64,000 nt of DNA, from positions 9,734,001-9,798,000 of the forward strand of contig NC_043004.1 of NCBI RefSeq assembly GCF_006345805.1. Direction: 5' to 3'. Below the pieces are notes generated by a model. That model saw only the letters and a list, made by a program, of their open reading frames with translations, was not told the DNA's origin and made no database searches. The number at the start of each line of letters is the position of its first letter. Position 1 is the first letter of the stretch. This DNA is from Octopus sinensis. Lineage: Eukaryota. This document shows positions 36,561-51,855 of the stretch, in pieces. Both the position numbers and the translations under genes were made by a program.

Positions 36561-38212
36561 CTTTGTGAAACTGTGGGTTCTTGTCGGGTGGATTGTACCT
36601 CTAAATAAAAGGTTCGGTCATGTCACATACCGTGTTATGCTAAATGTCGTTAGGGTTTATGCTAAGGGATGTATGTCTGCGGAATACTCAACCATTTAAA
36701 TGCTAACTCAATGAACGATGTTTCAGTTGATCGAACAATCGAATTCTCACCGTCGAAACCGACGAAGAACCATTTCGTTATTGTTGCAATTAATCCTTTT
36801 GGGAGACTTTTGGTTCTGTGGTGGTTGTGATTTGATCACAATAAATCTATAGCCAAACACTTCCAACCATGGCCATCTTGTATCAAGTTTAATTCACCAA
36901 TGTGGACTTCATTTGTAACGGAGAGGGGGAGAGAGGGGGAGAGAGATAAAGAGGGAGAGAGAGAAAAGAAAGCGATTATTTTTACAAGATGGACTGGGAA
37001 CATAGAGGCTCTCCAGTTTGTTATTGTTATTGTTGTTGTTGGTGCTGGTGGTGGTGGTCGTCGTCGTCGTGCTACTAATAGTAGTATTGTTGTTTTTTGT
37101 TTTGTTGATGTTTGTGCTGTTTTGGCACTGAAGATTTGTTTTTTTTGTTGTTGTTCTTGTAGTGGGTTTCTTCTTGACACTATTGTTGTTTTTGCTGTTC
37201 ATTTCAGTGGCAGTGGTGGCCACGGCGGTGACAGTGGCAGTGGTGGTTTTTCTTTTCTTCCCGCTATTTGTGTTTTCGTTGTTAATTTAGGAATGTTGTT
37301 GTTGCTGTTGTTGTTGTTATTCTGTTTGTGGTGACGAATTTCTTTTTGACACTGTCGTTGCTTTTGTTGTTGATTTCTTGGCGATAAAGGCGGCGGCGGC
37401 GGCGGCGGCGGCGGTGGTGGTGGTGGTGGTGGTGGTGGTGGTGTGGTGGTGGTAACGGTAGTGTAGGCCGTTGTCATCTTGGCAGTGGTGATAGCGGCGA
37501 GGGAGCGAGGGAGGGGTTCGGGTTGCCTTGACACCTCTATTGTCACTAATATCATATTATAACAATTTTTATTGCTAACTGATGCTCTTGTTACGATTAG
37601 TAATTCTTTTTTTTTTTTTCTTTGTTTACTATTACCGTTAATGTTGATGTTATTGCAGAAGTTGTCTCGGCAGTTGTTGATCTTCTTGTTGCTGCTGTTG
37701 TTTACTTATAAGTTATTGTTTTTAAAACAGTCCACGGTTTGCAAAAGAGCAAGGGGCGGGGTTTACCGTACAATGCAAATTATGAAACTAGACAAAACAA
37801 GCGCGCGCACACATACACGCACAGACACACACACACACACACACAGACACACACGCACACACACACACACACACATGCTCACGCGCACGCAAGAAAGGAA
37901 TTTAAAGAATCATCAAAACACAACCACTATAACAACAACAACAATAATGATGATGATGACGATGATGATGATCATCATCATCATCGTCAGAGCAATTAAG
38001 AACGAGAACTCTGAGAAGTAAATTAAGTGATAACGACAACAACAACAACAACAATAATAATAATAATAATAATAATAATCCTTTCTACTATAAGCAAAGG
38101 CCTGAAATCTTTAGTGGAAAGGGACTAGCCAATTAAATTGACCCCAGTGCTCGACTGGTACTTAATTCATCAACACCGAAAGGATGAAAGGCAATAATAA
38201 TAATAATAATAA

Positions 38213-38259
<47 letters not shown>

Positions 38260-38371
38260 ACAATCAATGTCTCACCGTTTTAGCCAGGAGAGCGACGGAT
38301 GATGGGACATTACAAGAGCAAATAACAAGAAAAAAAAATGATGGAGAATTACGCAGAGTATGGAAGAATGG

Positions 38372-38403
<32 letters not shown>

Positions 38404-38644
38404 GCGAAGAGGAGGAGCGGGAGGGGTAAGAGGGGGGGTAGGAGAACAATAACCACAGATGTCATCGTGTTAATTTGATGATGTCTGTAAGTTGCAAATG
38501 TTCAAGGAGTTTTGCTTTTGCATTTCGCTTTTCATTCTTTTCTGTTTTCGTATTTTGTGTGTGTGTATTGTGCTTGTATATATTCATAATCTATCTATCT
38601 ATCTATCTATCTGTCTATCTATCTCTTCTCTGTCTCTCTCTCTC

Positions 38645-38706
<62 letters not shown>

Positions 38707-38894
38707 ACAAGCGCGCACACACACACACACACATAGATATATATATCGTACATATCTCTATATATATTTATATGTGCGTATGCATGATTCGATTTGAGAA
38801 AATGGCGGTAACAATCAGCCACTCACGAATTATGTGAGGATGATGTAAAACAGCAATGAAATTGATGAGAACGATGCTCATCACATAATGGCGA

Positions 38895-39026
38895 TTAAAT
38901 CAATATATGTATACACACATATACATACATATATGTGTGTGTAAATATACATATCCATATATATGTACATATATATACACATATATATATATGTATGTCT
39001 GTGTATTTATGTATATGTATTATAGG

Positions 39027-39118
<92 letters not shown>

Positions 39119-39300
39119 ATACATATACATAAATACACACCACATATATATATATACACACATATATATATATACGTATTATATATATAATACGGACAAC
39201 ACAAACAATAATGTTGGAATTATCTCTTCCCTATCTTTCGTATATATCTATATACGTATGTGTGTATATATGTGTGTGTGTATGTGTGTGTATATGTATG

Positions 39301-39334
<34 letters not shown>

Positions 39335-39350
39335 TGTATGTATGTATGTA
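38895..39350. repeat. (TA)n/(TG)n/(TATG)n compound microsatellite
   Basis: Directly visible. Confidence 0.95.
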
Positions 39351-40182
39351 TGGAGAGATAGAGAGGAGAGATAATTGCCATATTGTTACTTGTGTTGTTG
39401 TTGTTGGTATTAAGAGTTGAAGTTTTTTTTTGTATTGGCAAGTCCGGGGTGGGGAGCAGCCGAGCAGTAATTGCGAAAATAATAATGTTTCGGATAATCA
39501 CTTCAAAGTTTGTGGTAATATTTGTGGTGATGGTGGAGGTGGGGTGTGGGGGCGTAGGGGTTATAACGATGATGATGATGATGATGGTAGTGGTGAGAGT
39601 GGTGGTGTTTGTGGCGATAGTGGTGGTGGTGGTGGTAGCGTGTGTGTGCGTGTGTGGGGGGTGTTTGGTAGGAGTTGTGGTGCTTATCGTAGCTTTGATG
39701 ATAATGGTGCGTTGATGATGCTGATATTGAAAGTGGTGCTGGTGTTGGTGATCCTGGTCGTGGGGGTGGCACTGGTGGTGTTAGCAGTGACAGCGATAAC
39801 TGTGGTGGTGGTGGTGCTGGTGCTGGTGCTGGTGCTGGTGCTGGTGCTGGTGCTGGTGGCTCTGAGGGCGATAGCGACGGTGGCGGTGACGGTGGTGGTT
39901 GTAGGAAAAACATAGTCAATGACTATCTACACACACACACACACACACACACAACTAGACATACACATACACTCTTACATTCACAAAACCACAAACATGT
40001 CGACGGACGTATATACTCACGCAAGCGTCAGCACACTGTCTCTTACACATACAAAGAAAACACACGCCCGCGTATAAACACATTCAAACACTGAGTTATG
40101 CATGCGCAAACACACACATACACATATACTTTCATATTCAAATACATACACACAGACTGATAATCTTACTTATTTGTATTCA

Positions 40183-40235
<53 letters not shown>

Positions 40236-41595
40236 ACACACACACGCAAACACCCCACGCACACACACACACACACACACAATACTTGAACACAATACAC
40301 AAAACACGTACACACACACATACAAACAAGTTCGTTTAAACACAAATCATATGCAGACTTACAGATATACGTGCACACACATTTAAACACAACACACACA
40401 CACATACATACACACACACATACACACACATACACACACACACACACAAATAAACGCACACACAGTTAAACACAACACACAGACACACACTTAAACACAA
40501 AACACGTAAACACACACTTAAACACGAAATACATGCACACACACACACACACACACATTGAAACATAAGACACACACTTAAACACGAAACAAGCACACGC
40601 ACATACGTAAATACAAAATGCACGCAGACATACACTTAAACACAAAATACATCCACGCATACAAGCAGAAATAAACACACACACACCAACACAAAAGCAT
40701 CTACAGTGAGAGTCAGGCTCTCAGAAGATCCTCTTCGAGAACGCCTCGAGGTTATGTAAGTGATAAATACATAGAGTTGAGATTGAGGAGTTGATCAAAT
40801 AAAATCTCTTTAGTTATGACGTCCATGCAGTTTAGTAGCCATATGGCACAAACTTGTTATATTTTGCAGAGTGTTTGGCGTTCTATATAACACACGTTAA
40901 TTAAAAGCATCTCAGTCTATGAAGCTAGTTCACATCGACAAGAGGTTTCGACATGATTTGGCTCGTTTTCGCTTTTCTGCTCGTTGTTGTTATTGTTTTT
41001 ATTGTCGTTGCCAGTTTTTGTTGTTGTTTTTCAAGTGGATATCTTCCGTTAACAATGGCAAGAAGGACAAGAAATTGTCAAAAGAAAAAAAAACAGGGGG
41101 AAAATTATAAAATGTAAAATAACAATGCAATGCAATTATATACACTGTGTCTTTGTATGAGGTGGAGTATATTATAAATTATATACACACCAGATGACTG
41201 TATAAGACATGTATACATACATATATATATATATAGATACACAATCACGCACGTATATATATATATATAATACACACACAAACATACATACATACATACA
41301 TACATACACATATACCGCTACCTAGTTACATGTGTGTGTGTGTGTATTTATATTACAGAAGTATGTTTATGTGTGTATAAACGAATTTATGTATGTAGTT
41401 AAGCATACATAGACGTGTATACATGTACGTATATAAGCACCCATAAACATACATATATGTAACATGTATGTATGTAAATATATATGTATATATATATATA
41501 TGTATATATAATATATCTATATATATATATATATATATAGATGAGTGTGTGTGTGTGTGTGTGTATGTGTGTGTGTATATATACATATATGTATG

Positions 41596-41686
<91 letters not shown>

Positions 41687-41867
41687 TGTATATATATTTT
41701 TATATATATATATATATATTTATAAGCATAATGACATTTGTATACATGCTGCATACATACTGTATACATACACACATAGGCAGACAGACAAACAGACAGA
41801 CAGACAGAGGGATATATATAATCATGAATAAAGTTTGAGCCAAAACTCACGCAGCAAAACTTTTCAG

Positions 41868-41930
<63 letters not shown>

Positions 41931-42636
41931 GGATCGACTTTGGCTGTCATCCTTTAAATTGATAATTTCAGTACCATTTGAATACTGTGGTCGATTTGAG
42001 GCTAGTGCCATTTAGTACTAAGGATTTCGATTATTCCTATTAGGTGCTTACTCCGGTATATATATATATATATATATATATTCCAAGATAGAGATTGTGA
42101 ATCTAACCAACTAAGGAATAATATCTATCCAATATACTTGCTGGTAGAATACCCAATTATTAATACACAAGTGTGTTTTATTGCATTGCAATTACATTAC
42201 CGAAATGGGTGAAGGTAAAGAGATCTTTTACCATTAATTTATAGAGCAATAAGAAAATGGAGGGGATCAATTGGTGGTTCATCAACTTTTAGACATTATA
42301 TTATGTTAACTTATTTATTTATTTACTAAAATGACAATTACAAGAATAAACATATATGTATAACATATTATGCTTTACATATAAAATATATTCATATATA
42401 AAGATACCAGTAATTATTAAAATATAGCATACAAGAATTTAAATTGGGAAAATAACTTACAGCTGTTTCAGCCAAGAGGCAAAAATACCTCATTCTACTT
42501 TTATTCCTCCATGGAGGAATGAAGTGTGTTGCGTCGTGTTGACAAACTTAAAATTCCAGCATTTTAAATTAAAACTTTAGTTACTATGGGGACATAGACT
42601 ATCTATTTGTCTATCTTTCACACACACACACACACA

Positions 42637-42700
<64 letters not shown>

Positions 42701-42794
42701 GTGTATTTCTCTCTCAGCAAAAAATTTTTCTCCTCTCCTTCTAAAAATACGTTGTGACGTATATTTTGATTCGTCCTCTTCTTTTCCTTCCTTT

Positions 42795-44062
42795 TCAGAT
42801 TTCGGACATCTGGTCGCATTTTTAATCTGACCCGATTCAACTGCAAAGTAAAGTCTTTCAAAATACTTGTTAGACAATTACTTTATGTTGATGATGCTGA
42901 TTTGTTGGCACACTCAGAGGGGGATAAGCAACATAAAATGGACAGATTTTCCACTCTATGTGTACGTTTCGGACTCACAATTAGTCTTGGGGAAACCAAA
43001 GTAATGTTTACTCGTGCACCAGGATAAGCATTTTTGCGTTGGAAGGTTAGAAGTCATTGACACCTTTGTTTACTTTGGTAACACACCGTCAAGAGATTGT
43101 GGTCGTGATGCAGAGATTTTCTATCGAATAAGGGAGGGAAGTGTTGCATTTGGAAAGGTGGAAAAGCGAGTAAGGGCAGATAGAGGTATTTCCTTGCAGA
43201 CAAAAATCAGTGTCTAGAAAACGTGTGTATTGGCTGCACTTCTTTATTCGAGTGAGTCGTGGATCACTTACATGCTTCCTATGAAAATGCTGGAGAGATT
43301 TCATCAAAAGTGCCCCCAAGTGGGATTGTTTCATAACAGATACAGATGTTTTGCGCATGGCACGTTGTAGATCAATTGAACAACATGTCATCTTGGTTCA
43401 AATGAGATGGACTGGACATGTTATTAGAATGAAAGGCGAGCGTTTGCCAAAGTGTCTTCTTTGTGGTGAGCTCAACTTTAGTAAGCGACCAAAGCATAAG
43501 CCGAGGAAAATGTATAAAGACTGTGTGAAGAAAAACCTGAAGAAATTAGATATGAACAGAAATGATTGGGAAAATGATGTTCTAGATCGGAAGAGTAGAA
43601 GAGTGCTGTTGCAACGCCTTGGACAAAAAGACGGTTCAGCCCTCTGAGCTTCTCACAGAGGAAGAATTGGAACTTATATCAACAGTGAATATTGGGTATG
43701 TATTATGTGATCGTGTTCTGGTGTCAAAAGCAGGACACGCGAACCATATGTAACCATATGAAGATCGAAATTCCCAGGTCGGTAATAAACTTGAACACCA
43801 ACCACCTCTTACGACTTGTGTCATGTGTCACAAAACTTGTAAGACAATATCTGGAATTAAGACATATTCTGGTTCGCAAAAACATTTCTTCAGATTTCAC
43901 AGGACAAAGATAAAGAAGAAACTTGAATGATATCTGTCACTTGTGTCTTAAACCCAGTCAGTCATCTGAGGGCTGATCAATGGGGTGATTATGCCGTGTG
44001 ATGGGGCGTAGTGTGCATGTTGACGAGACGGCTATCATCTATCAAGATGAAACAATCATCAT
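42795..44062 (+). mobile_element. RTE-clade (BovB-like) LINE, 5'-truncated, decayed
   Basis: RFRTSGRIFNLTRF, LLYVDDADLLAH, RFGLTISL, QMRWTGHVIRMKGERLPK..GEL; 3' stem-loop CATCT-ATCA-AGATG before a catcat tail. Confidence 0.9.
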
Positions 44063-44187
44063 GTATGTACTATATATGTATGTTTGCATATATGTATGCA
44101 TCTATACACATACATATATATATGTACATATTTCATATATTGTGTGTGTTTGTATGTGTATGTATGTATGTATGTATATATAGTATA

Positions 44188-44229
<42 letters not shown>

Positions 44230-44462
44230 CCTACATACATACATACATACATGCACATACATGCATACATAGATACATGCATGCATACATTCATGCATAT
44301 ATACATACAACATATATACATACATACATACACACACACATACATACATACATACATACATACATACATACAGTTCAAATTTACAGGAAACAAAAGTTGA
44401 TGTCAGGTGTAGGAACAAAAAGCAGGTCTATTAGTTTAAAGCTCGGGGAAAATGGAAAAGTA

Positions 44463-44497
44463 TTTTACGTTTCGAGCCTACGCTCTGCGACAGAAAG
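44463..44497 (-). ncRNA. Degenerate minimal hammerhead motif
   Basis: CTTT-CTGTCGC-A-GAGC-GTAG-GCTC-GAAAC-GT-A-AAA; core has an extra change at A9. Confidence 0.45.
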
Positions 44498-45221
44498 GAT
44501 TAAGAGGGAAAAATGGATAGAGAATGAAAAACAAAAACAGAGAGAAAAAAGCGCAGGATTCAATGGTCCAACATGGCGAGATGACTGGAAAAAACAAGTT
44601 GAATGAAAGTGAGTTAATAATACTAATAATAATAACGGTAAAGGTAATGGTCACCCCAACGAACGAAGGTGCGCAAGCGCGTGTGCGTATGTGAAAATGG
44701 TGTGTGTGAGTGTGTATCTGTGAATGGGGTCGAGTGAGCCTAATGTGTGTGTGTATGTATGCGTGTATATGTTGTGTGAAGCAGTTGATGCGTGTTTGTT
44801 CAGATGGTGTGTTCTCGTGTGTATGTATGTGTGTCTGTGTCGAAGTGCGTATGTATATAGTGTATGTTTATGGGTGAAAGTTATCTTTATCTGTGCGTGT
44901 TGCGTGTATTTTTGCGTGTTGTGTGTGTGTATATATATATATTGTCTGTGTTCAGCTATTGTGTGCATGTGTTGATGTAGGAGTGGGCATGATGGTGTGT
45001 GGTGTCTGTACTGAGTTAAATAGTATGGGGGTGGATAATGGCGTGTGGTTTGCGGTTTGGGTGCTAAGAAGTGTTCGGTACTAGTGTGTGTGAAGTGAGA
45101 AGGTGTTTGTTGGTGTGTGTGTGTGTGTGTGTAATGATGTGTGAAGTGAGTAATGAATTGAACAGTGTGTATGGGTGTTTGTATAGTGGTGTGTGTGTGG
45201 AGGGGGTAGTTAGATGTCGAA

Positions 45222-45870
45222 GGTTCAAATTGGAAAATGAAAAAGACAATCAGCTAGCAATCCTGGGTGTATTAATAACACGCTCAACGCATGGGTTCAG
45301 GACATCTGTACACCGCAAGCCAAACTTCAGTGGACCTCAACTTCAATTCCCACCATCCACACAGTGTAAAGAGGGGGATTGTTCAGTGCCTAAAACATCG
45401 AACAAAGCATATAATTAGTGATCCTGATACACACCATGAAGAAATGATCAAGCTAAGTAACAATCTATTAAGCAACAACGACCCAAAAAAATATACTATC
45501 CACTCCAATTAGGAAGAGGAGAGTGGATGAAACCCATAAATTGACCACAGTCTGTCTACCCTATGTGAAAGGCCTCTCGGAAAAGATACAAAATATATGA
45601 CATTAGGACAGTATTCAAGAGTAATGCAACACTTCGCAAGTATCTCCTTCGAGTAAAACCACCATTAGAAGAGAACATGACCAAAGACTGCATGTACTCC
45701 ATCCCATGCAGTTCTGATAGGTTATACAAAGGTGAAACATGCCGCCCATTCATAATAATGTTAGAGGGACATCGTAAAGCAGTGATACGAGGAGATGTTG
45801 AAAAATCGGGTATAGCTGATCATGTATGGAAAAAACGGAAACCACCTTCCCCTGTGAGATGAAGTTAAAA
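45222..45870 (+). mobile_element. Penelope/Poseidon-type PLE fragment (RT thumb + GIY-YIG)
   Basis: KLENEKDNQLAILGVLITR..FRTSVHRKP, LNFNSHHPHSVKRGIVQCL, CMYSIPCSSDRLYKGETCRP..KSGIADHVW. Confidence 0.85.
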
Positions 45871-46988
45871 TAATATAATTAGGAGTACGGAATGGAGAGC
45901 TTTGTGCGGGTAGGGTGGTAGGAGTATGAGTGAATGTATTTGTAGTGGATGAAGGTGGTGAGAGTGGAATGGTGTATGCTGACAGAAATGTCGAGAAATT
46001 CGACGGAAGAGTTAGAAATAGAGTAGGAGAATTCGAAGGCAGGATGGAAGGATTAGACAAAAGAGAGGAAAGAGTTCAGATGTTCGTGAGAAACTAAGTT
46101 ACGCCGATACAGACATCGACATAACTAGCGTATAGCTCGGGAGTAGGACCAGTGAATAGTGAGAATATTTCGGCCCCAACATGGCCAACGAACAGGTTCG
46201 CATAGTTTGGGCCCATTCACGTTCCTATGGCCACTCCCGAGTATGTTGGTAAAACTTGCCCGCGAACGAGAAGCAGTTGAGAGAGAGGGCAAGTTCGGCA
46301 GACGAAGAAGTGTGAAGTTGTCAGGTTGAGGAGCGTGCCGAAGGTCAAGGAAGTGTTTAAGTGCCAGAGGGCCTTCATTGTGTAGGACCACCGTATACAG
46401 AGACTTAATGTCGAAAGTGAACAGAAGTTGTGAGGGGCCAGAAGGGAAGGAGAAAGATTTAAACAGATGGAGAGAATGACGAGTTTCATGAATGTGTGAG
46501 CGGAGAGAAGCCACCAGGAAGGCAAGGACACAGTCGAGGTATTTGGAGACCATTTCAGTGGGGCAGTTGCAGGCGGAGACGATGGGGCAGCTAGGGTTGT
46601 TGGGCTTGTGAATTTTGGGAAGAAAGTAAATATTGGGGGTGCGTGGGGTACGGACACTGAAGTTGGAGGCGGTGGGGGAGACAGGAAAAGGAAATGAGGT
46701 CATGAATAGTGGAGTCCGTTGTTTGTTCGGCGTGGGGTTGGAAGGCAGAGGGCTGTAGAAGAAAGTGTCTTGAAGTTGATGGAAAGTTACAGACCTGTGA
46801 AGGTCTACGTTCCACAAAACTACAGCTCCACCCTAGTAGGCTGGTTTGATGACGATACTCTTGCGACGTCGGAGATATCGAAGGGCCGAGAGATCAGCTG
46901 GGGGAATGTTGAGATGCCGGAAACGCCTGCGAAGTATATATATATATATATGCATGTATGTATGTATGTATGTATGTATGTATGTATG

Positions 46989-47023
<35 letters not shown>

Positions 47024-47040
47024 TTGAAAGAAGAAAAAAA

Positions 47041-47079
<39 letters not shown>

Positions 47080-47768
47080 TATGTATGTATGTGTATGTAT
47101 GTATGTATATGTATGTATGTATGTATATATGTATGTATGTATGTATATATGTATGTATGTATAGGTCAGGTCAGATGTGGCAGAAAAGAGGAAGCATTGT
47201 ACCGCACGGTGAGAGGTAGTTGCTTGTGTTCGGGATTTGGCCAGGATCTCATTCAGTTCCTACTCCTGCATTTATCCCACTTATTTACTACACAGATGCT
47301 GCAGAGTATGACAGCAGCTAAACCTTGCTTCGTGGTTTCGACTGACCTGCTAAACTATGTGAGTGAACCTAAGGGTTATACCTGAGGGTGGGAATGAAAC
47401 CTGGAATGGTAGAGATTGCTAAAGAGCCAAACAGGTCAACAGCCGTGATTGTGAGGTATTCCATAAGACAGGGTGAGTCAAGACACAGAATTCAACATCA
47501 GCCAGTCATGAAACGGCAGTTCCATCACATATTATCCCAAAGAAAAGCCAATGGCGACTTAAAACAGAAGTAGCGAGCATTGGCAAGCCGATGTTTTGAA
47601 AGAGGGAGAGTGCCTGGCTGGTTGGCTACAAAAGTAGTAAGATCAAAACAACAACAACAAAAGCAGCGACAACAACACCACTAACAGCAACAACAGCGAC
47701 ATGCAACCGCGCACACACACATACATACATACATACATACATACATACATACTACATACATACATACA

Positions 47769-47800
<32 letters not shown>

Positions 47801-48214
47801 CATGTGTATATGTATTATATCATTCGCCTCGTTCAGTTCTGTTCATCCATCTGTAGTCTATATTTTACCATTAGTATATAATTTATAAATACACGTGTGT
47901 GTGTCTGTGTGTGAGCATGTGTGTCTACGCTTGTTTGTGCATGTTAGAAACGGAATAACTTTTAACAGATAATATTATATCATAGATTACACACACACAC
48001 ACACACACACACATGACTACCTATACATATGCATAAACATATAAAGATATATATATATATAATATATGTGTGTGCATACATATATTTATATGTATAAATA
48101 ATGTGCGTATGTGTGTGTATACATATTCATATACATATAGATGCATGTATATGTAACATACATACATGTAGAGAGAGTGTGAGAGAGAAAGAGAGAAATA
48201 GGTAGATAGATAGG

Positions 48215-48315
<101 letters not shown>

Positions 48316-48984
48316 CAAGGTGTCAATGTTTGTCAGTTAATCAGTGCTTCTGTTTCGTTTACAGATCTCAGTCTTATATTTGTTCTTTAATTTTTTTTAA
48401 ACCAAATCTAACATTTATATCACAACTCGCTTTCTTTGTCCATCTTGTTTGTTAGGTTTTATGAGCCAAGTCATCAAAACCACTCGTTTGTTTATTTTCT
48501 CTATCAAATCAGTGTATACACTTGTTTATTTAAAATAATCCTCTTGTTTTCACTGCTTATTGCATCGTAATAGATGCTAAGAGTAGAAATAATTGCAGCG
48601 AGTTATGCATTTCCGCCTAGTTGCCTCATAACAAATGGCGATATCGGCAAGAATAAGAACACAGAATTCTTCCCGATAGAGCGCGCAAGAGGAGATAAAT
48701 TATTGTAGAAGCTTATGTTTATTAACTGTGAGCTTATAATTTGATGTTCTGCGTGGGGGGAGGGGGTGTCTCTCTCTATATCTTTTGGTTGTTGTTTTTC
48801 TTCCTGTCATCTTCGCTGCTGCTCCTTCCACTCTTATTGTTGTTGCAGAATATATTTTTCATTTGTTGAAGATTTCTTCTCTTAATTCTATTTTTATTAC
48901 ATTTTTACCACCCAACATGTTTAGATACCAGCGAACTGCATTTTCACTAAGTTACGTAAATAGTAGTTGACGTAGTATTTTTGA

Positions 48985-49024
<40 letters not shown>

Positions 49025-49053
49025 TAGTAGTAGTAGTAGTGATGGTGGTGGTG

Positions 49054-49139
<86 letters not shown>

Positions 49140-49472
49140 TCACCAACATTAGCAGCAGCAGCTACGTATTAGTGTAAGCATGAATCATGGCTCATCCCAA
49201 ATTCTGGTTCTTTCTCTTTCTCTCTATTTCTCTTTCTTTCTTTCTTTCTTGCTTTCTCTCTCTCTTTCTTTGTCTTTCTCCCACCCTCTCTGTGTTTCTC
49301 CACGACTATGTTCAAGTTCAATCTTTTTAATTTTATATTTTTCATATTTTCATATCCGCTTTTTACAATGTATATGTAATTAAACACACACACACACACA
49401 CATATCTATGTAGGTATATATAATATATTAATTATATCTATTTAGCTCTCCTCTCTCTCTCTCTCTCTCTCT

Positions 49473-49511
<39 letters not shown>

Positions 49512-49513
<2 letters not shown>

Positions 49514-50742
49514 GTTGAAATTTATAGAAAAACAAAAGACGAAGACTGGTGTATGAACAAAAGGCAAGTGTATTAGTTTGACGCTCGGGAAAGTGAGAAA
49601 GTATTTTATGTTTCGAGCCTACGCTCTTCAACAGAAAAGAATATAAGAGAGAGTAAACAGACAGAGAGTGAGAAAAACTTTAAGATTTCAGCGGTCCAGC
49701 ATGGCGAATAACTGGGGGGAAAAGAGATTGAAAGAAAGGGAGATAATAATAGAAAAAAGAGGTTGAATGAAGCGGAGATATATAGTGCTTGTGATCTCAA
49801 CAAGAGGCTGGGAGGTGGATTTAGGGAAGAAACTGTGTATCACGCAGGTTATGGGCTCGTTTGAAGGAGGGAGGAGTAAGTTGAGGAAGATGTGAGAGGT
49901 AGAGGGATCGGACTGGAGTCGCCGAAAGGCTCGGAGAATGGTGCGTTGGAGGGGCAGGGTGGAGCGGTGGTAGGTGAGGGGAAACGCAAGACGGAAAACG
50001 GCGGGGTATGTACGAGGAGAAAGTGCAGAGCCACGGTCCATAGATCATGCCCTGGCAAGGGCAGCGTGGATAGTGGTGAGAGGATATCCTCGTAGGATGA
50101 AGTGGTGAGCCATGAGTTTGTACTGAATCTCAAAGTCATGGTTGTCATTGCAGAGCCTGCATATACGGAGGAATTGGGAGTAGGGGATGGAGAGCTTTGT
50201 GTGGGTAGAGTGGGAAGAGGAGAAGTTAAGATATGGGTGTTTGTTTGTAGTGGATGGAGGTAGGGAAAGCGAAGTGATGTATGCTGACAGAAATGTCGAG
50301 AAATTCGAAAGAAGAGTTAGAAATTAAGCAGGAGAATTCGAATGCAGGATGGAAGGATTGGACAAAAGAGAGGAAGGAGTCTTGTTGTTCGCAGGAGAGG
50401 GATATCATCCGATACAGACATCGACATAACGACCGTATAGTTCGGGAGTAGGACCAGTGAATTGGTCAACGAAGCCAACGAACAGGTTCGCATAGTTGAG
50501 GCCCATTCTCGTTCCCATGGCCACCCCCGAGACATATGGGCAAAAAATCCCCCACAAACGAGAAGCTGTTGAGGGAGAGAACAAGTTAGACCAGACGGAG
50601 AAGTGTGGAGGTGTCAGGTTGGGGTTGGGATCACCGTATATAAACTCTTGATATCAAAAATGAAAAGAAATTTAGAGGGGCCAGAAGGGAAGGAGAAAGC
50701 GTTGAAGAGACGGAGAGCAAGGTTAGTGTTGTGGATATGGGA
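49512..50742 (-). mobile_element. Neptune-type PLE copy 3, internally deleted (no endonuclease)
   Basis: Terminal repeat 49515-49790; thumb peptide LQRTILRAFRRLQSDPSTSHIF; PELYGRYVDVCIG; truncated by the SINE at 50745. Confidence 0.85.
49604..49638 (-). ncRNA. Minimal hammerhead motif (atypical core)
   Basis: TTTT-CTGTTGA-A-GAGC-GTAG-GCTC-GAAAC-AT-A-AAA; G16.2 changed to A (CpG-type change). Confidence 0.55.
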
Positions 50743-50744
50743 GG

Positions 50745-51055
50745 GGAGGGCGCATGGCTCAGTGGTTAGAGCATCAGGATCACAATCATGAGGTAGTCAG
50801 TTCGATTCTCAGACCGGATTACGTGTTGTGTTCTTGAGCAAGACACTATTTCACGTTGCTCCAGTTCACTCAGCTGTAGGAATGAGTTGCGACGTCACTG
50901 GTGCCAAGCTGTATCGGCCCTTTTGTCTTTCCTTTGGATAACATCGGTGGCGTTGAGATTGGAGGCTGGTATGCATGGTTGACAGCTGGTCTTCCATAAA
51001 ACAACCCTCCAAGGTGCAATCCCATAGTGATTCATGACTGAAGAGTCTTTACCAG
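50745..51055 (+). mobile_element. SINE family B
   Basis: Colinear with the reverse complement of 30803-31145. Confidence 0.9.
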
Positions 51056-51207
51056 TCAGTATGCATATATGTGTATATGTATATACATATATACATACAT
51101 GATTATATACGTACATACATACACGCGTACATGCATTCATAATATGCTAGTGTGTTTGTTTCTGTGCAAACCCACACAAACACTATGTTCACACACATGC
51201 ACACACA

Positions 51208-51249
<42 letters not shown>

Positions 51250-51419
51250 TGCACACACCAATTAAAAAGGTTGTCAGATCATGGTAATAATAGCAGCACT
51301 GAGAATAAGACGGTGTGTAACTAAAAGTTTATGCAAAAATGTGCGTGTGTGCACGCTCGCGAATGCACGTGTTGTAGTTTACTTCACATATGTATATACA
51401 TATATATATATATTACACA

Positions 51420-51466
<47 letters not shown>

Positions 51467-51776
51467 CACACACACACAAATGTGCGTGTGTGTGTCTATA
51501 CATCCTGTCGTCTTTCTCATTCCAGATGGTAAAACCTGTTGCTATTTCTAATTCATGTCCTCGTTTATAGCTTCTATGATTCTACAGCAGTTTTCAAATT
51601 TTCAACATTTTGGACAAATTCTGATTTGAAATGCGTCATATTAGTCAGTTTTACTTTTATTGTTTGTGATATGTTGTTTATCGACTAATTTGTGAGCAAA
51701 GTCGACTTCAACAGCAATTCGAATTGGCCAACGGTTTTCAGTACTAAGTTTGTATAATATATGCAAATATCGTATA

Positions 51777-51855
<79 letters not shown>

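Larger units (their letters stand above)
44385..46935 (-). mobile_element. Neptune-type PLE copy 2 (terminal repeat, GT-rich spacer, RT part; endonuclease region replaced)
   Basis: Terminal repeat as at 978-1240; RT peptides PNIYFLPKIHKPNNP, LFTFDIKSLYTVVLH, SGVAIGT, PELYASYVDVCIG; ends at (TA)n. Confidence 0.85.

Noticed and set aside
40707-40755. 49-nt candidate exon ending in a perfect GTAAGT donor
   Set aside because: Acceptor is preceded by CA-rich rather than pyrimidine-rich sequence; two frames are open; no homology recognised
42456-42480. Partial hammerhead on minus strand (GCC-TCTT-GGCT-GAAAC-AGCT-GT-A)
   Set aside because: Stems II and III are present but the CUGANGA core is absent; probably a truncated PLE terminal repeat
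47160-47600. Faint resemblance to a Gypsy integrase (KPCFVVSTDLL, ANG)
   Set aside because: Too degenerate to support without a search; no LTR or other pol motifs nearby
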